From contig OZ037766.1 of the NCBI GenBank assembly GCA_964035545.1, positions 6,252,722 through 6,316,721 on the forward strand: DNA of 64,000 nucleotides, read 5' to 3'. Below are positions 18,083 to 31,171 of this stretch, in pieces (the stretch's first letter is position 1; the number at the start of each line of letters is the position of its first letter). The position numbers and the translations under genes are program-made. This DNA is from Bugula neritina (lineage: Eukaryota; Animalia; Bryozoa). The notes below the pieces were generated by a model. The model was given only the letters and a program-made list of their open reading frames with translations, ran no database searches and had not been told where the DNA came from.

Positions 18083-18429
18083 GAAGAGATGGTGCTGTAC
18101 TAATACAAATTTTGTGCATTGTTGCTATATCGAAGTGGTGAACAAAGACTATGCTACCACATTCCCATAATGATTACCATATAGACTAAACAGCGGTCAG
18201 ACAATGCTAATGTATTCACTGGTATTGTGAGATGTATTTTGAATTCTATGTAAATTTCTATTGTGTAACATTTGACTATGATTGTGTACAAAGGTATTGT
18301 TGTGTTGAGATAAATTCAAAATAAATGCAATAAAATTATGAAACAAAACATCTACAGTGAAAAAAAGATGGAACAACGGTTACTATAAAAATAAAAGTTT
18401 AAAATTGTAAAAATAAAACTAAACGTTAA

Positions 18430-21400
18430 CTATTTAAAAATCTGTGAAAAATATACATCAAGATTTTGGTATCATGCAAAAACCCATAAATTAAGTATAT
18501 ATTGCAAAAGGTTAGCATTGGGTGCTTACTTTATAGCAATATTTGTGTTTGTATAAGTAGTTCCTGGCAGGGCTTGTCAAGGTCTTGGGTTTTCTTGGAG
18601 AGGTTCGTAGTTTTACCGGACTTTGAGCATCTACTTCAGCTTCATCCACGGAATTGGAAGTTTCACAAGAGCTGATATGTCTTTGATTAATTTCTTCAAA
18701 TTCCTTTTGTTTAGCAACAGATGGTGTGCGCTGCCTGCCTTTATATGGATCTTGAAGCAGTCTTGGTGAGGTCATGCATTCATTATACAATCTAAGTTTC
18801 TTAGATGGAGAGTTTTCAGGACTACCGGAGAAAATGGTGGATGACTTAGTTGTATGTTTCGATCTTTTTCTTCCAGGAGTTGACCCTGCATGGCATAGGC
18901 GCCGCTGTTTTTCTGCCTGCTTTCTAGTCCTGGAATTGCATTTGAATCCAGGTGCTTTTAAATCAGAATCAGACATTAGGGAATACTTTTCTTCAGGAGA
19001 GGATGGTCTTCTGCTGCGTTTCTTGATGGTGACACCAGAGGCTGGAAGCAAATGATTTTCAGAGGAGTTAGGTTTGGCATTGAGCAGACAGGAATCGGGT
19101 GGCAAACTGAACACGTCGTCACAGATTGAATGTGACGAACTGCCAAAACTCAACAAGGAGCTTTGTCTTTCATAGTCTCTTTTAGTCGGTCGTTTCCTTT
19201 TCTTTTTGTCTCTGCTTCCAGGAGTACCAAGGTATTTTTTTAAATTTGTTTTTGGGGTTTTAGTAAATGGAGTATCATTTTGAGCTGTTTCATCAAACCC
19301 AAACAAACCATCTCTGCTAAACTGTACAGATAAACTTTGCTTGTTGTATGAATTTTTATCAGCAGTAGCTATTCCTAGACTAATTTCACCTTCACAAGGA
19401 CTCCCTAGCAGGGATAACTTGGTGCTTTGAGAGCATGCTTCTGGGCTGGCAAGACTGGCTGGTGGATTTGGAGTTGTCCCTCTTTCAGCCGGTGTAGATA
19501 CATGAAGAGGCTCTAACTTCTTTCGCATATCAGGTGTTGATATTATTTGCCTAAATATAAACAACGTCTAGTTTGGCCTCAATGATTATTACGCATTAAT
19601 AAAATCTGTAATAACCCAATTATTCCTTGAGAAACATATTATCAGTAAGTTTACCTTGGTGAAGATATTCTATCAGCAGTGTTGCTGGTAAAGCCATCGT
19701 GAGCTAGACTCTTACATGGAGACAAATTGCGGGTAGGCATGTCTTCCTGTACAGCAGAATTGGTGAATACGGAGTCGTCTTTCTCCTCCAATTCCAGAAC
19801 TGTCAGTGCATCATCAGTCGACACATTTGGAGAGTTCTCTTTATTGTCAGCAGGAACTTCTTTATTAGTTGACGACAAAACTGATGCACTAAAACAACAA
19901 ATCAAATCAAAATATTTACAAATAAGAATCCTTCCTAGAAGTGTGGGAGGACAATTCCACATCTATCGAAAACTCATTGATATATATGAATAGTATGCAT
20001 AATATATTCACAGTAAAACAACACCGTCAAAATTTCTCGCATGCCCAAACACAAATTTTATGATGAATGGCCACCCATCAGCAACATGCAGAGACTGCTT
20101 ATAAACACTTTCACCTATCATCGCAGCTCTTTGATGTAACTTGAGACTAGCTACAAAACTATTCGCTTAATCAAAAGGTAAGTAGGTGCAAACTATATTC
20201 TTCATACAACATTTAAATCTGTCACTCAAAACAAAATCTCAGTAGCAGTAATATCAGTTTAAAAATACACCTTTGATACATCTAAAGTAAGCAACTTGAT
20301 TTTCAAGTATCAATATTCATAGTTTGCCTGCCTAGAGAGGAATGTAAAGAGTTCAGCTTACTAATATAATGCATGTATTGTAGGGTATATTATATCTTAC
20401 AATAAATGATAAGATTACCTGTTGGGTAAATCTAAGTTGAATGCTGGAATACGAGTCACTTCCTTCAGAGTACGGTATCTCTTTTCCTTCTCCATGCTCA
20501 GAGAAAACTTCTTCTTGTGAGGAGAGAACTGTTCATCAGGCCAATCTCTGGCCCCCAGGCTACGCCGTGGCGACTTCTTTGGCGTCACAGGGGCCACCAT
20601 GCTATTGGTCTAAAATAAAAACAGCGTCTCACTACTACTTAGTAAAATAAAACAGGGATATTATTAGTCATACATTATTTGCACTAAAACTTACCTGAGA
20701 ACTATGATGAGCAATTCGTTGATTAAGAAACTCGTCACAGGATAGTAAATGGTTATCCTCAACATCAACATTGCTGTTGTTATTGGCATTTGTCTGGAGG
20801 TAGTCATGAATGCTCTCAACTAACGAAATATCATCTTTTATGTCTCCCAAGTCTGCTTTCTGTAAAACAACAAGTTAGTCAGCATAAAACATTATCAACG
20901 ACATACAATCAGTGTTCGGCCAGATAGTATAGAACAGTAAAGATAAATTAGAAGTACTTCGATGTGGTTCAATCATTTCTTGCTTCCCCATTTATTGTCA
21001 CCTTTCAAGTTACATTAACAAGTGCATTAAGCCCCCTGTAATTATTCTTGCAGTAGAGAAATAAAGGGGGGGGGGGCTATGAACATGCTAAGTGCCCACC
21101 TGCTGAGCCATATTCTGCAGTTGTGTATCATTAAGAACTCCATAGGAGACATCCAGCGGCAACCCAAAAGTACAGTCTTCAGATTGTGAATTATTCTCAC
21201 TGAGTAACTAAAAGAATTATTTAATGATAAACTACTACTATATGATAGCACACCCACAGAGTTCTGCCAGAACACCCACAACTTTCCATCCAAACAATAA
21301 AAATAACAGCTGTACTTCAGCTCAATTTAGAAATCAGAAAAAAGTTTCAGAATCTTAAAAAAGTTGCATAATACAAGCAAAATATTTTATTGGTATGATT

Positions 21401-24400
21401 CGAACACTGGGTAACAAGGCCACAATGTAGAATGACATTTAGAGGGTAACATAAGGCACAAGTAAAGAGGAGCAAACTAGCAGAATATATTATATTGATA
21501 GCTAGAAACTTACAACCCAATGAGCTTTCATATCAGCCATATCTCCCAGCGCAGTCTTTTCAACTTTATGCTTCACTATAACAATTTTACATAATATTAG
21601 ATAGTTCAACATAATATTATAGCTTATAGCAATGAAGACAGGTTTCATTTATACAACATAACTGATAACTGCAACAGTGGCCGAGCAAAACCAAATAACT
21701 CCGCGTAATACTATCACAGATGTTAGGATTTACTAGAAAGTTGTCAAGATGCTAATTTAACCACCCGTGGCAGGTCAACTTATACATGTATACACTCTAT
21801 AAACTCGGAAGGCATATGGGATACTCCTTAATAAATGTTCTAAGCAAGACAAGGTAGACAAAGCTTGAACACTGCATGGGACCAGAACAAGCTATTACAA
21901 GCGTAATGTAAGCTAGTTATGACAAGAGCAAAACACAATGATTTTGCTTCAGCCGTCACATAACTTATTACATTACCATGAGGTGATGGTTTGAGTGGTG
22001 ATTTCAACTTTTTTGGAGTAGTGGACTTCTTTTTTCCGCGTTTCCTCAACTTGACTATTTCAGATGGGGACATCTCCGAGTCAGATATGCTCTTAGCCTC
22101 AGTTACACTGTCACCTGCGGGCGGAGACACCCGCCCCTTGCCAATCTTATCCAGCACCTTCGCCAATTTATTGGCTATCTGTTCACCAACTCCCTTAGAC
22201 ATACGAGTCTTTCCTGTATGAGTTTTACTGGTCAACAGCTCTGGGGATGTTATACTCGCCGAGTCGTTAGAGTCAGGACAGGGTAGGTTACAGAGTTTGG
22301 GCTTAGTATCCACCCTGCTCATGCTGGGCAGTGTGTGCAAGAGCATCGGAGACGCAACTTCTGCAGCTGGTGTGGCAGACAAGATGGCTGTATTAGCAGC
22401 ATGTGAGGTGTGAGGTAGAGTTGGCGGGGGCATGGCATGTTGAGATTCTGCAGGTGTAGTTGTGGGTGAATCAATAATTTCTAAGCACAGCTTTTCATCT
22501 TTACAAATAACTTTCGATTCTATTAAAAAGCCATAAAAACAGTTTTTTAAAAAAGTTATGAAATAAAAATTAGTATTTGATATGGAAAAGGTTGTCGTTG
22601 AAAACACCATAACCAAAATAAACAAGCTACAAAACACAATGCACCTGAATTTTAATCAACAGATTTTATATAAAATTGAAAGAAAAAAAACAGATATATA
22701 ACTTTTCCTTTATTTTTTGCTAATAATGAAAGAAAATTTGTTTCAAGTTATGCGATGTTTTTTATCCTCTCATATGTGCTCAAGACACCACAATTATAAA
22801 ACACTAATTTTGTAACTAATCCATTGACTAGTGACCAATTCAACTGACCCAAAGCTGTTGCTTCAGCGTCCATGTTTTCTGCCGTTGAATCGTGGGGTGG
22901 AGAAGAGTCTTCACTATCCGAAACAGATCTGTGCAGAATTTCCGGAGGCAAAGCACCTGTTTCCATAGTTTCTGCTGCACCACTCCCGGCAGCAGCTGAA
23001 ACCTCAACTTCAAGTCTACAGAATTTTGTAGAGAAAATAGCAAGGAATATTCTAGAATAGAATAATGAAATTTAGTAGAGTAATGAATCTCAACAGCTAA
23101 ACCCACTTTACTCAAAACGTGACAACTATTTATATCTGTGTCTAAAAACCTAAAAGCCTGCAACAAAAATCATATTTATTTTGCTTCAATTAAAACCATC
23201 CTCTACAACTCAGTCCCCACTCTACCATACAACAGTAAAACAGGGAGTCTTACGATTTCTCTTGGGCCAATCCCTCCATCTTGTGAATGTTGTGGTACTT
23301 GATGATGTCATCAAGAAATCTCTGCATGCTAGCACTGGAGTTGATGAGATTATCAACTTCAGTGTAGTTATTGTTGTTAGAAGTGAATTCTAGGTGCTGA
23401 TCAGAACGAAGATGCTGCAAGAAAAATAAGATGCCGATTAATAATTACATTGGTTAAAGTGTTTAGTGTTTCAATTGAATATATAATTAGAGTACATACA
23501 ATACCAACTCAAAACCATACCCGTTAAATAGCCAATATTGCCAGTGAAAGACCCTTACCGACAGTCCAGGAAAACGTACATAGCAAAACTTGAAGACGAA
23601 CAGACAGACAGACTGCAATACTTTACCTGGTCTAGATCTTCGTATCTCACTTTACACACCATACAGAACGTTAGCTTCTTCTTCACCTGCACATTGCTAT
23701 TGAGTAATTTCCTCTTGGCTTTAGTACTACCACCTTTAGCAGGGCTTTTACTGGTACTTAATTTCTCACCTGCCCTGGAACTTGAAATAAAATAGATAAC
23801 ATTACAAAAGTTAGATAAATAGGTTACACAATACTCAACAATATTTAAATGTGTGGAAAAATTGAATTCCAAGTAAAAAAAACACAGTAAGCAGAAGTGT
23901 GAAAAAAACATACAACATATCTAGTGTTATTCTATACCAAAACAATGTTCTGTCATTATATTTTTTCCTTTTGTGTGGTCTTAAAGATCGATTTTTTTGT
24001 AAGCATAAAAATTATAGCTTTTAAAGTAAAAGTTGACCAATGTATATTGTACATTACTTCAAGCCTTCAGCTGATTTTACTAAACTTACAACATAATATC
24101 ATCTTTGCATGTACTATCTCTAATACTAAATTAACAATGTATTGCTAATTTTGTTTTTCCTGTGTATTTTGCAACAGTTTAGAGATAAATCATTTTCTAA
24201 AACAACCAATACCAAAAACCAAACACTATTGCTGCGCTGTTCTCATTATAATCATGTGACTCAAATGGTTGCATCTTAGACTAAGCACCATGTATTTAGG
24301 ACACATGACACTTCGCACTATTAATATGTCACAGAGTTAAGTGTTGAATTAAAACACATTTTTACTCTACACTAACCATGATTTTATAGCCTGAATACTC

Positions 24401-26312
24401 ACACGTCTAGTTTGGATGAGTCATGGGTTTCATCACCTCCTGGCTCACTCAGGTCTACATGTTGAGAACCTGTGGCTATAGCTTGAGGGACGCGACTCTC
24501 AAATGGGCAAAACATAGCCTTAGAATCCAGTACTGGCACTTCTGCAGCTGCCAGCTGTCGGTATATTGGTCTGTATTGACCAGACTGGTCTTCAATCTTT
24601 ATAAATGGAGCCTTTAATATCTTGGCTGAAAGCAGATCCAACACACAGGAATATTTACAGTCATGGGTACAGATAATACGTGTCAACTAAATCTGTAGAA
24701 ACCAAGACAAAAATAGTCAGAATTGAACTATTGAACTATTTAATACGTTGAGATAACTATATTGAGTGAAGGCATTGTGTGAGCGAATATATATAATTTC
24801 CACATATTGAGTAGCATGACTCCATACCTTTGCTGGTAGCAGCTCTTGCCGGTCGCTCACATGAGCTGTTCCTATGCTTGTGTAGGCCTAGCGATACAGC
24901 CTTCTTTTCCATCCACCTCAACGCCACTACATGTAAATAGGAAGAACAACTCCTAAACAGACTAATCAAGAATCGTTCAGCCTAATGTTCTAACATTGAT
25001 ATGATAACTCATATTGAGTGGCCCACTTGGCTAAGCAGGGTTACTATTGCCTAAATTCCACAATTTATCTCTCAGTGTAAAAACAGACTGTCTTAGTTTA
25101 GACTAATACTTTAGTTGCAATTTAGATTAAATTTTTTAGTTTAGTTTATTCTTGCACATATTTCTTACTTTCCAAACCATGAGAATAACAGCTAAAAGTT
25201 ATCAAGTGTTAAATTCCATTAGATATAATAAGAAAAGCCTGCCTTTAGCAAATCTTGACCAACCAGTGAGGCAGCACTATACTTCATATCACAATTTAAC
25301 CCAAATGATAAAATATTGAGTGATTAGAGTAGAAACACAAACCGTCAGGCTGGAGAAGTTTTATAGACCAGAGTTTGGCGTTTCCAATGAGTTGCTGACT
25401 AACACTAGCAGCACTAAGGCTATTCTACAAACATATAGAGAACACAGGCTACACAGTGTTAGAATATTCCACACACAGAACACACACTAGAATAGCTTAT
25501 TCAATGACGACAGTATTATATATTACTAACATTTCGAGAGCTCTGCTTCTGACTAATGTTCACCATCTTGCTAGCCCGGCTGATATTAGCCTTTGGATTA
25601 GAATTACTGGTCTCAGGTGGGGTGCCTACGCTATTGCCCGGTGTGTAGGTAAAAGGGCTAGGAGTTGATGCCTCGGCGCTGTGTGACCTGCTCTTATAGT
25701 CAGCAGGCTGTCCATGATCAGTTACCAGATAAGATATCTCCTTCGTGAAAAATTTCTCTAATTTCTAAAACATAACCAGAGTTCCAGAGCACAGAGGAAA
25801 AAATATTGGGCCTGTTAAAGAGTACTTAGAAATGATAAATCATGTATAGCCATGTCTAAAAATTTCCACAAATAAACTTTGTTCAAAATTAGGAATTATA
25901 ATTCTTGAATTTACAATTGTCTCATCATTATTCTACATTCGAAAGCTGATAGAACACTGCTATGGCACTGAAAAAAGCTCTAAGAACAAATTACGTGTTT
26001 CATTGTAAAGTAGGAAATACAGAACAAATTTAATTGTTTCTCAGTCCGAAATCACCCATTTTTGTATGTTAAAAAATATAACTTACAGCACCAAGTAAAC
26101 TAATTGACCTCTCCAGCCTTCTAAGCTTTAAGGGTGGAACATCAGTTTCATCAATGTAAAATGATTTAGAGACCAAAGGGAGAGACTGTTGTTTACCTGA
26201 AATAATAGTTTCGTACGCCTGAATTCAATCATGGCTAAAAGTTAAACAAATAAGGAAGTCAAATATTCAGCAATTAAACTATTTTATTAAACCAACCTTT
26301 TTCGCTCATCAT
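18430..26312 (-). CDS. DBF4: DBF4/ASK-family activator of CDC7 kinase with a long S/T-P-rich C-terminal extension
   Basis: MMSEKG start at 26312. Motif N (LPLVSKSFYIDE...LERSISLLGA-..IEKFFTKEISYLVTD, exons ~26197-26087 and ~25760-25560). Motif M (ILKAPFIKIEDQSGQYRPIYRQL, ~24630-24550). Motif C CCHH zinc finger (FCMVCKVRYEDLDQ|HLRSDQHLEF, ~23670-23385). Large disordered exons follow. Predicted last coding exon 18441-18430 (IFK*); the unspliced alternative stops at 18512. Confidence 0.9.
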
Positions 26313-27502
26313 TTACGGATGGACCAAGTTTAGTCTATAAAGGAAAAAAAAAGAATAGCAAAATTTAAAAAAATACAAAACACAAATTCTAGCAAACTAA
26401 AAAAATTACAATGACAGCCCATTTGAAAGTCAGCAAAACTTTAGAAGACTGTGACTCCAATGTTGAAACAACGAATGGCACAGCCAACAGTGTTTCTGCT
26501 TTATGAGCATATTGTTACAAACTTTTTGCAAATGTTATGCCATGTACTTCTTGTGCTTTACAAAAAAGTTTTGCTTTTTGAATATAACTAAGCTCGCTAA
26601 TCTACCTATGTGAAAATTTTTTAATAATTTCCTAAAAGAAAAACAATTGAGAAAACTTACCGTTCAATGATTCTACATGGAGTAAATAAAAAAATAAGCT
26701 ACGGAATTCTGTGATAGAACAAACAAAACTGTTTAAATTTGCTACATGGTAATGCTTACTGATGCCTATATTCAAAAGTATTTGGTAGTACCCATAACTT
26801 CTTGTTGAGTAAATTTGCAAATGTAAAGAGTAAATTTTAAGTGTCTCAACATGGTCTTTTGATATATAACCGTAATGACTTGACTTATCTTTAAATAATA
26901 TCCATTTCTCATTAGACCTGAAAACCTTGTTTATTAGTTTGTTTAGTTAAACATTTTCGAGTCTAGAGAACGTTTTAAATTCAAAAGATGCTGCTTTATA
27001 AAGCTGAAAGTTGAAAGCAAAATTTCAGACTTTAGCAACAAAGAACAATACTTAACAACTGTTAAACTTAGCGTGAATTTTACCTTCACATGTTTTTATC
27101 TATTAGTATCATTATTACCATATACAATAATACAAGTGTTCTACTTCTAGGAAAACTAGAAAAATAGTGTTAATAATGATATCAAGCTCAACATTAATAA
27201 TCTTAATTCATAAATATCAATATGAATATTTATCAACAATTTAAATTAGTAATACTATTACTAGCAGTATTATTATTACTATCAGTATTAATATTACTAT
27301 TAGTATAACTCTATAACTCTACTCTATAGTCTATAGGTGTAAGTATTAGATTAGATTTTATAAAATTAAATTCCAGTTATACTTAATCTTATACTTAAAG
27401 ACTATCACTATTACTATAAACATAGTTATTATTATTACTAATACTAATAGTAATATTCAACTAATATTTATTATATCAATAACTGGTATGTACTCTGTAG
27501 TA

Positions 27503-27620
27503 CTAGTTGTACTTGTCCTAGTATATGTTGAGGTAGTGATACTGCCACTGGTAGTAGCACTAGTTGTACTTGTCCTAGTATATGTTGAGGTAGTGATACT
27601 GCCACTGGTAGTAGCACTAG
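27503..27620. repeat. 57-bp tandem duplication within a low-complexity tract; (TTAGCCTGGCC)x3 lies nearby at ~27809-27843
   Basis: CTAGTTGTACTTGTCCTAGTATATGTTGAGGTAGTGATACTGCCACTGGTAGTAGCA occurs twice in tandem. Confidence 0.85.
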
Positions 27621-27959
27621 TAGTGACACTACTACAGTACAGATTGAGATACTGATACTACATCTACTTCTAGTTCTACTGTACTACTACTAGTACTAGT
27701 GTACTAGTACTAATTCTAGTACTCTGTAGTTGTAATACTCCTACTAACACAACTAGTACTACTACTAGTAGTACTAGTTGTAGCCTGTAGCTGTAGGTAA
27801 AGCCAAAGGTTAGCCTGGCCTTAGCCTGGCCTTAGCCTGGCTTACTCTCAGTCTTAACTCTTAGGTCATAGCCCATGCCATAGCCACAGGTCATACTGAT
27901 ACTGATACTCATAGACATAAGTCATAGGACTTCACTAGCCCTAGGAGAAGGTGCGCTTT

Positions 27960-28340
27960 AACACTACTCTCTACTCAAATATGAAATTTTTACTTGCCTG
28001 CTAAGTTTTCATGCCAGTTTTGCTAAAAATATCCGAGAAATAATAACTTAAACTTGATAAATAAGCTACAAATAAAGTACATCAGGCTCAGCATAGAACC
28101 GCATTGGCATTTCAAAAATTGAAAATAACTGGTTCCAAAAGTAAATCTAATAATTGGTGCTGCTGCACTGCGTTCGCTTTTTAGCCTCTTTAAAACATAG
28201 TTTTCATCTTTACTAATATCTTCCATTATATATTATATTCTAAACACGCAACAAAACTGTAAAACGACCAAATCTCAGTGTATCTCTGTATAAAGATGAT
28301 TAGCGATTCAGTTTTGTTGTTTTGTGAATTATTTCCCCTA
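27960..28340. promoter_or_regulatory. Putative bidirectional promoter / non-coding first exons of DBF4 (-) and RTF2 (+)
   Basis: The only non-repetitive, CpG-containing island between the divergent genes, flanked on both sides by simple-repeat tracts. Both ATG exons are preceded by splice acceptors (~26336 on -, ~31093 on +), so upstream UTR exons are required. The position is inferred. Confidence 0.45.
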
Positions 28341-28681
28341 TTTACCATCACTGTAATATTAATATTAGAATACTCAATTTTCAATGCAGTTTTAGTTTAT
28401 CTGTATTAGTATTAATATTGGTATTACGGTTACCTGTATTAGTATAACTATAATTATGACTATTAGCGGTACTATTGCTAATAATGATAGCATAATGCTA
28501 ATAGTATTATTAAATAGCTATAACATAGGGCTAAGAGTAGGAGTAAGAGTAAGACTAACTTATGAGTTATGAGTAACTTATACTTATAGTTAATGTTATA
28601 CTTATAGTTATACTTATACTCAGAGTCATTCTGTATTAGTATTACTTACTCTTAAAGTTACTGTATTAATAGTAGTAATAC

Positions 28682-29862
28682 TTACTTACTTCTTACTTCG
28701 ACTTTAGCACACGCTAGATCACCATAAGGCGCAAGAGGCGTGCCTCAGCAGCTTGTTACAATACATTTGACATAGAATTATAACTGTATTTGCATACATT
28801 ATGCATTTTAAATTTGGCAATTGTAGTACCTTTCAGGTTATCATTTATCAAGTATTTGGGGAGTTCCAATTCTTAGGTCTCTAATAGTGCGCGGTAGGAA
28901 GCTGTTATGATATGCTGTGCACATGGCAGATATCGCAGTTGGTATTCCGTTAGAGGCAGCCCTCGTGGTAACGGTAGCGGTTGATTTGTCCCTTGTCAGT
29001 TCAGTGTAGCTGGAAGATAATGCCTGATGACATTCTTCTTTGGACAGGATCTTCAAAAGGAGGGTTATTCGTAGGCTTTTGCGACGATCTTCCAGTGATG
29101 ATATGTTGAGTTGTTCTCTTGCATCACTGATGCTAGCCTCCCGGCCTTTGAGGCAGCAGATGAATCTAATAGCTCGGTTCTGGACTAACTCAATTTCTTT
29201 CACAAGTTGCTTTGTTACAGGATCCCAAGTGGTTGCAGCGTATTCTAGTATAGGTCTGCAGAGAGTCATATATGCCAGCAGCTTTGCTTTCTTGGGAGCT
29301 CCATAGAGGGATAGCTTTAGCATGCCAAGAACCTTGTATGCTTTGTTTATTTTCTTAGTTATGTGGCTGTGAAACTTGAGGTTAGATTGTAGTGTAACTC
29401 CAAGGTAGGTAATCTCATCTACGTAAGGCAATGTTTCTCCCCCTAGTCGATATGATGGTAGAATTTGGGGATCTTTGCCAAATGACATGATTCGGCATTT
29501 TGAGGAGTTGAACGGCATCTTCCACTTCAGAGACCAATTCTCAATCTGTTCAATATTCTTTTGGAATTTTCGGACATCATCTAGGGAGTCCACCTCTTGA
29601 AAAATCAGTGTGTCATCAGCAAATAAACTGACACTGCAACTTAGTAGATCAGGGAGATCATTGATGTAAAGAAGGAATAGGGTGGGCCCCAGGACAGAGC
29701 CCTGTGGAACGCCAGAAAAGACTGGTAATCTACCAGAAGAGTGGCCATCTATGATTACTTGCTGCTCTCGCTTTGTCAAAAAATTCTGGAGCCATCGGAG
29801 TATGTGAGGATTAATTCCATCAACGACGCTTAACTTATGTATGAGTAGCTTGTGGGGGACTT
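28682..29862 (-). mobile_element. 5'-truncated non-LTR retrotransposon (CR1/L2 group LINE), RT C-terminal half plus 3' UTR
   Basis: Open frame 29862-28841 begins mid-domain at KVPHKLL and contains GVPQGSVLGPTLFLLYINDLP, LFADD, W.MPFN..KC, YLGV and RPILEYA...W. 3' UTR has a small stem-loop (~28727-28746) and an (AAGT)-type tail at 28682-28700. TAATACT occurs at both junctions (possible TSD). Confidence 0.93.
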
Positions 29863-30587
29863 AATACTAATACTAATATTAATAATATTGTTATGGCAAT
29901 TCTCATTTTAATTTATTGATTTAATCATAACTCATAAGTCATAAATGATAAGACTAAGTCATATGGCTAAGTCATAAGTATCAGTATTAGTATTACTGTT
30001 ACTATTAATTTTAGTATAACTATTGGATTTACTCATTTAGCAATAGCTTTAAAATTTCAATTTGATTTACAAATTATTGTAAGTGTAACACCAACAGCAA
30101 CACTAACTGTTACACTTACTGTTACTGTTAGTGTTACTGCAAGTGTTAGAGTCTAGTACAGTAGTATTACTAGTACTGTAGTAGTAGTGTTAATATGAGA
30201 AATGCTATTAAAATATGTATTAGTATCAATAACACTCATAGTATGCTTATATATAGTTGTGGTTATTCAATTTCACTAATAGTCTCGCTATTACATGTAC
30301 TGTCACTAACACAAACTATCACTATGACTATCTATTGGTGACTATGCTACTAGTATTACTATTATTATAATTTAGTAGTATTAGTAGCTGTAATGCTAAC
30401 ACTACTAGTATTACTAATATGAATAACTATAAGTCTATCAATTTTGTTATGGTTTATTGATAATTTACCTATACTTATAGTTATATGAAGGAGTTACAAT
30501 TATAATCTTCTTAAATGCGCTATGCTTACAGCCTAGAGGTATATAATTAAATTGATATTTTTAAATACCATTAATATTATAATTCAA

Positions 30588-30948
30588 ATTATAATTTAAT
30601 TAACTCATATACATTTATTATCAAAAATAACAACTATTTAATATATTTATTTATTCACAAATGTTGCTGCTAATAAATATCAACAAGTGACTAACAGATT
30701 ACGTTACGGGCACATACAATTATTGCATTTTTTCCCTCTTTTTTTTTTGTTGGCTTAAGTAAGTTAGTACACACTGTGTACTAACTTACTTAAGCCAACA
30801 GAAAAAAGAGGGAAATAATGCAATAATTGTATGTGCCCGTAAGGTAATCTGTTAGTCATTTATTAGCAGCAACATTTGTGAATAAGTAAATATATTAAAT
30901 AGTTGTTATTTTTGATAATAAATGTATATGAGTTAATTAAATTATAAT
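30588..30948. repeat. Near-perfect ~360-bp palindrome (foldback/MITE-like), followed by a second ~35-bp hairpin at 30956-30993
   Basis: Arms are reverse-complementary around GTACACA-C-TGTGTAC (centre 30774), with a few substitutions and one ~10-nt indel. Second hairpin is AACTCACTTGTGTGTA-C-TACACACAAGTGAGTT. Confidence 0.92.
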
Positions 30949-31171
30949 GCCCTTTAAACTCACTTGTGTGTACTACACACAAGTGAGTTAAAAGACGTGG
31001 TAAATGTCAAGGGTTTCAAGGATACCTAATGTAGCAAGTGCGGCAAAATGCTATTGACTTTGGATGCAAAGTGAATGTTTCATTTCTATTTCAGACTTCA
31101 CTAGTAGCTCAGCAATCAATATTTTCTGTTCTAGCGCATCATATGCAATTAGAGTGTAGTCACACCTAAAT

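Noticed and set aside
20910-21409. Possible MITE bounded by CAGTGTTCG/CGAACACTG in a DBF4 intron
   Set aside because: Only a 9-bp inverted match and no convincing TSD.
28023-28226. 67-aa ORF in the DBF4/RTF2 promoter island
   Set aside because: No recognisable motif; the DBF4 coding start at 26312 is preceded by an in-frame stop, so this is more likely UTR or promoter sequence.
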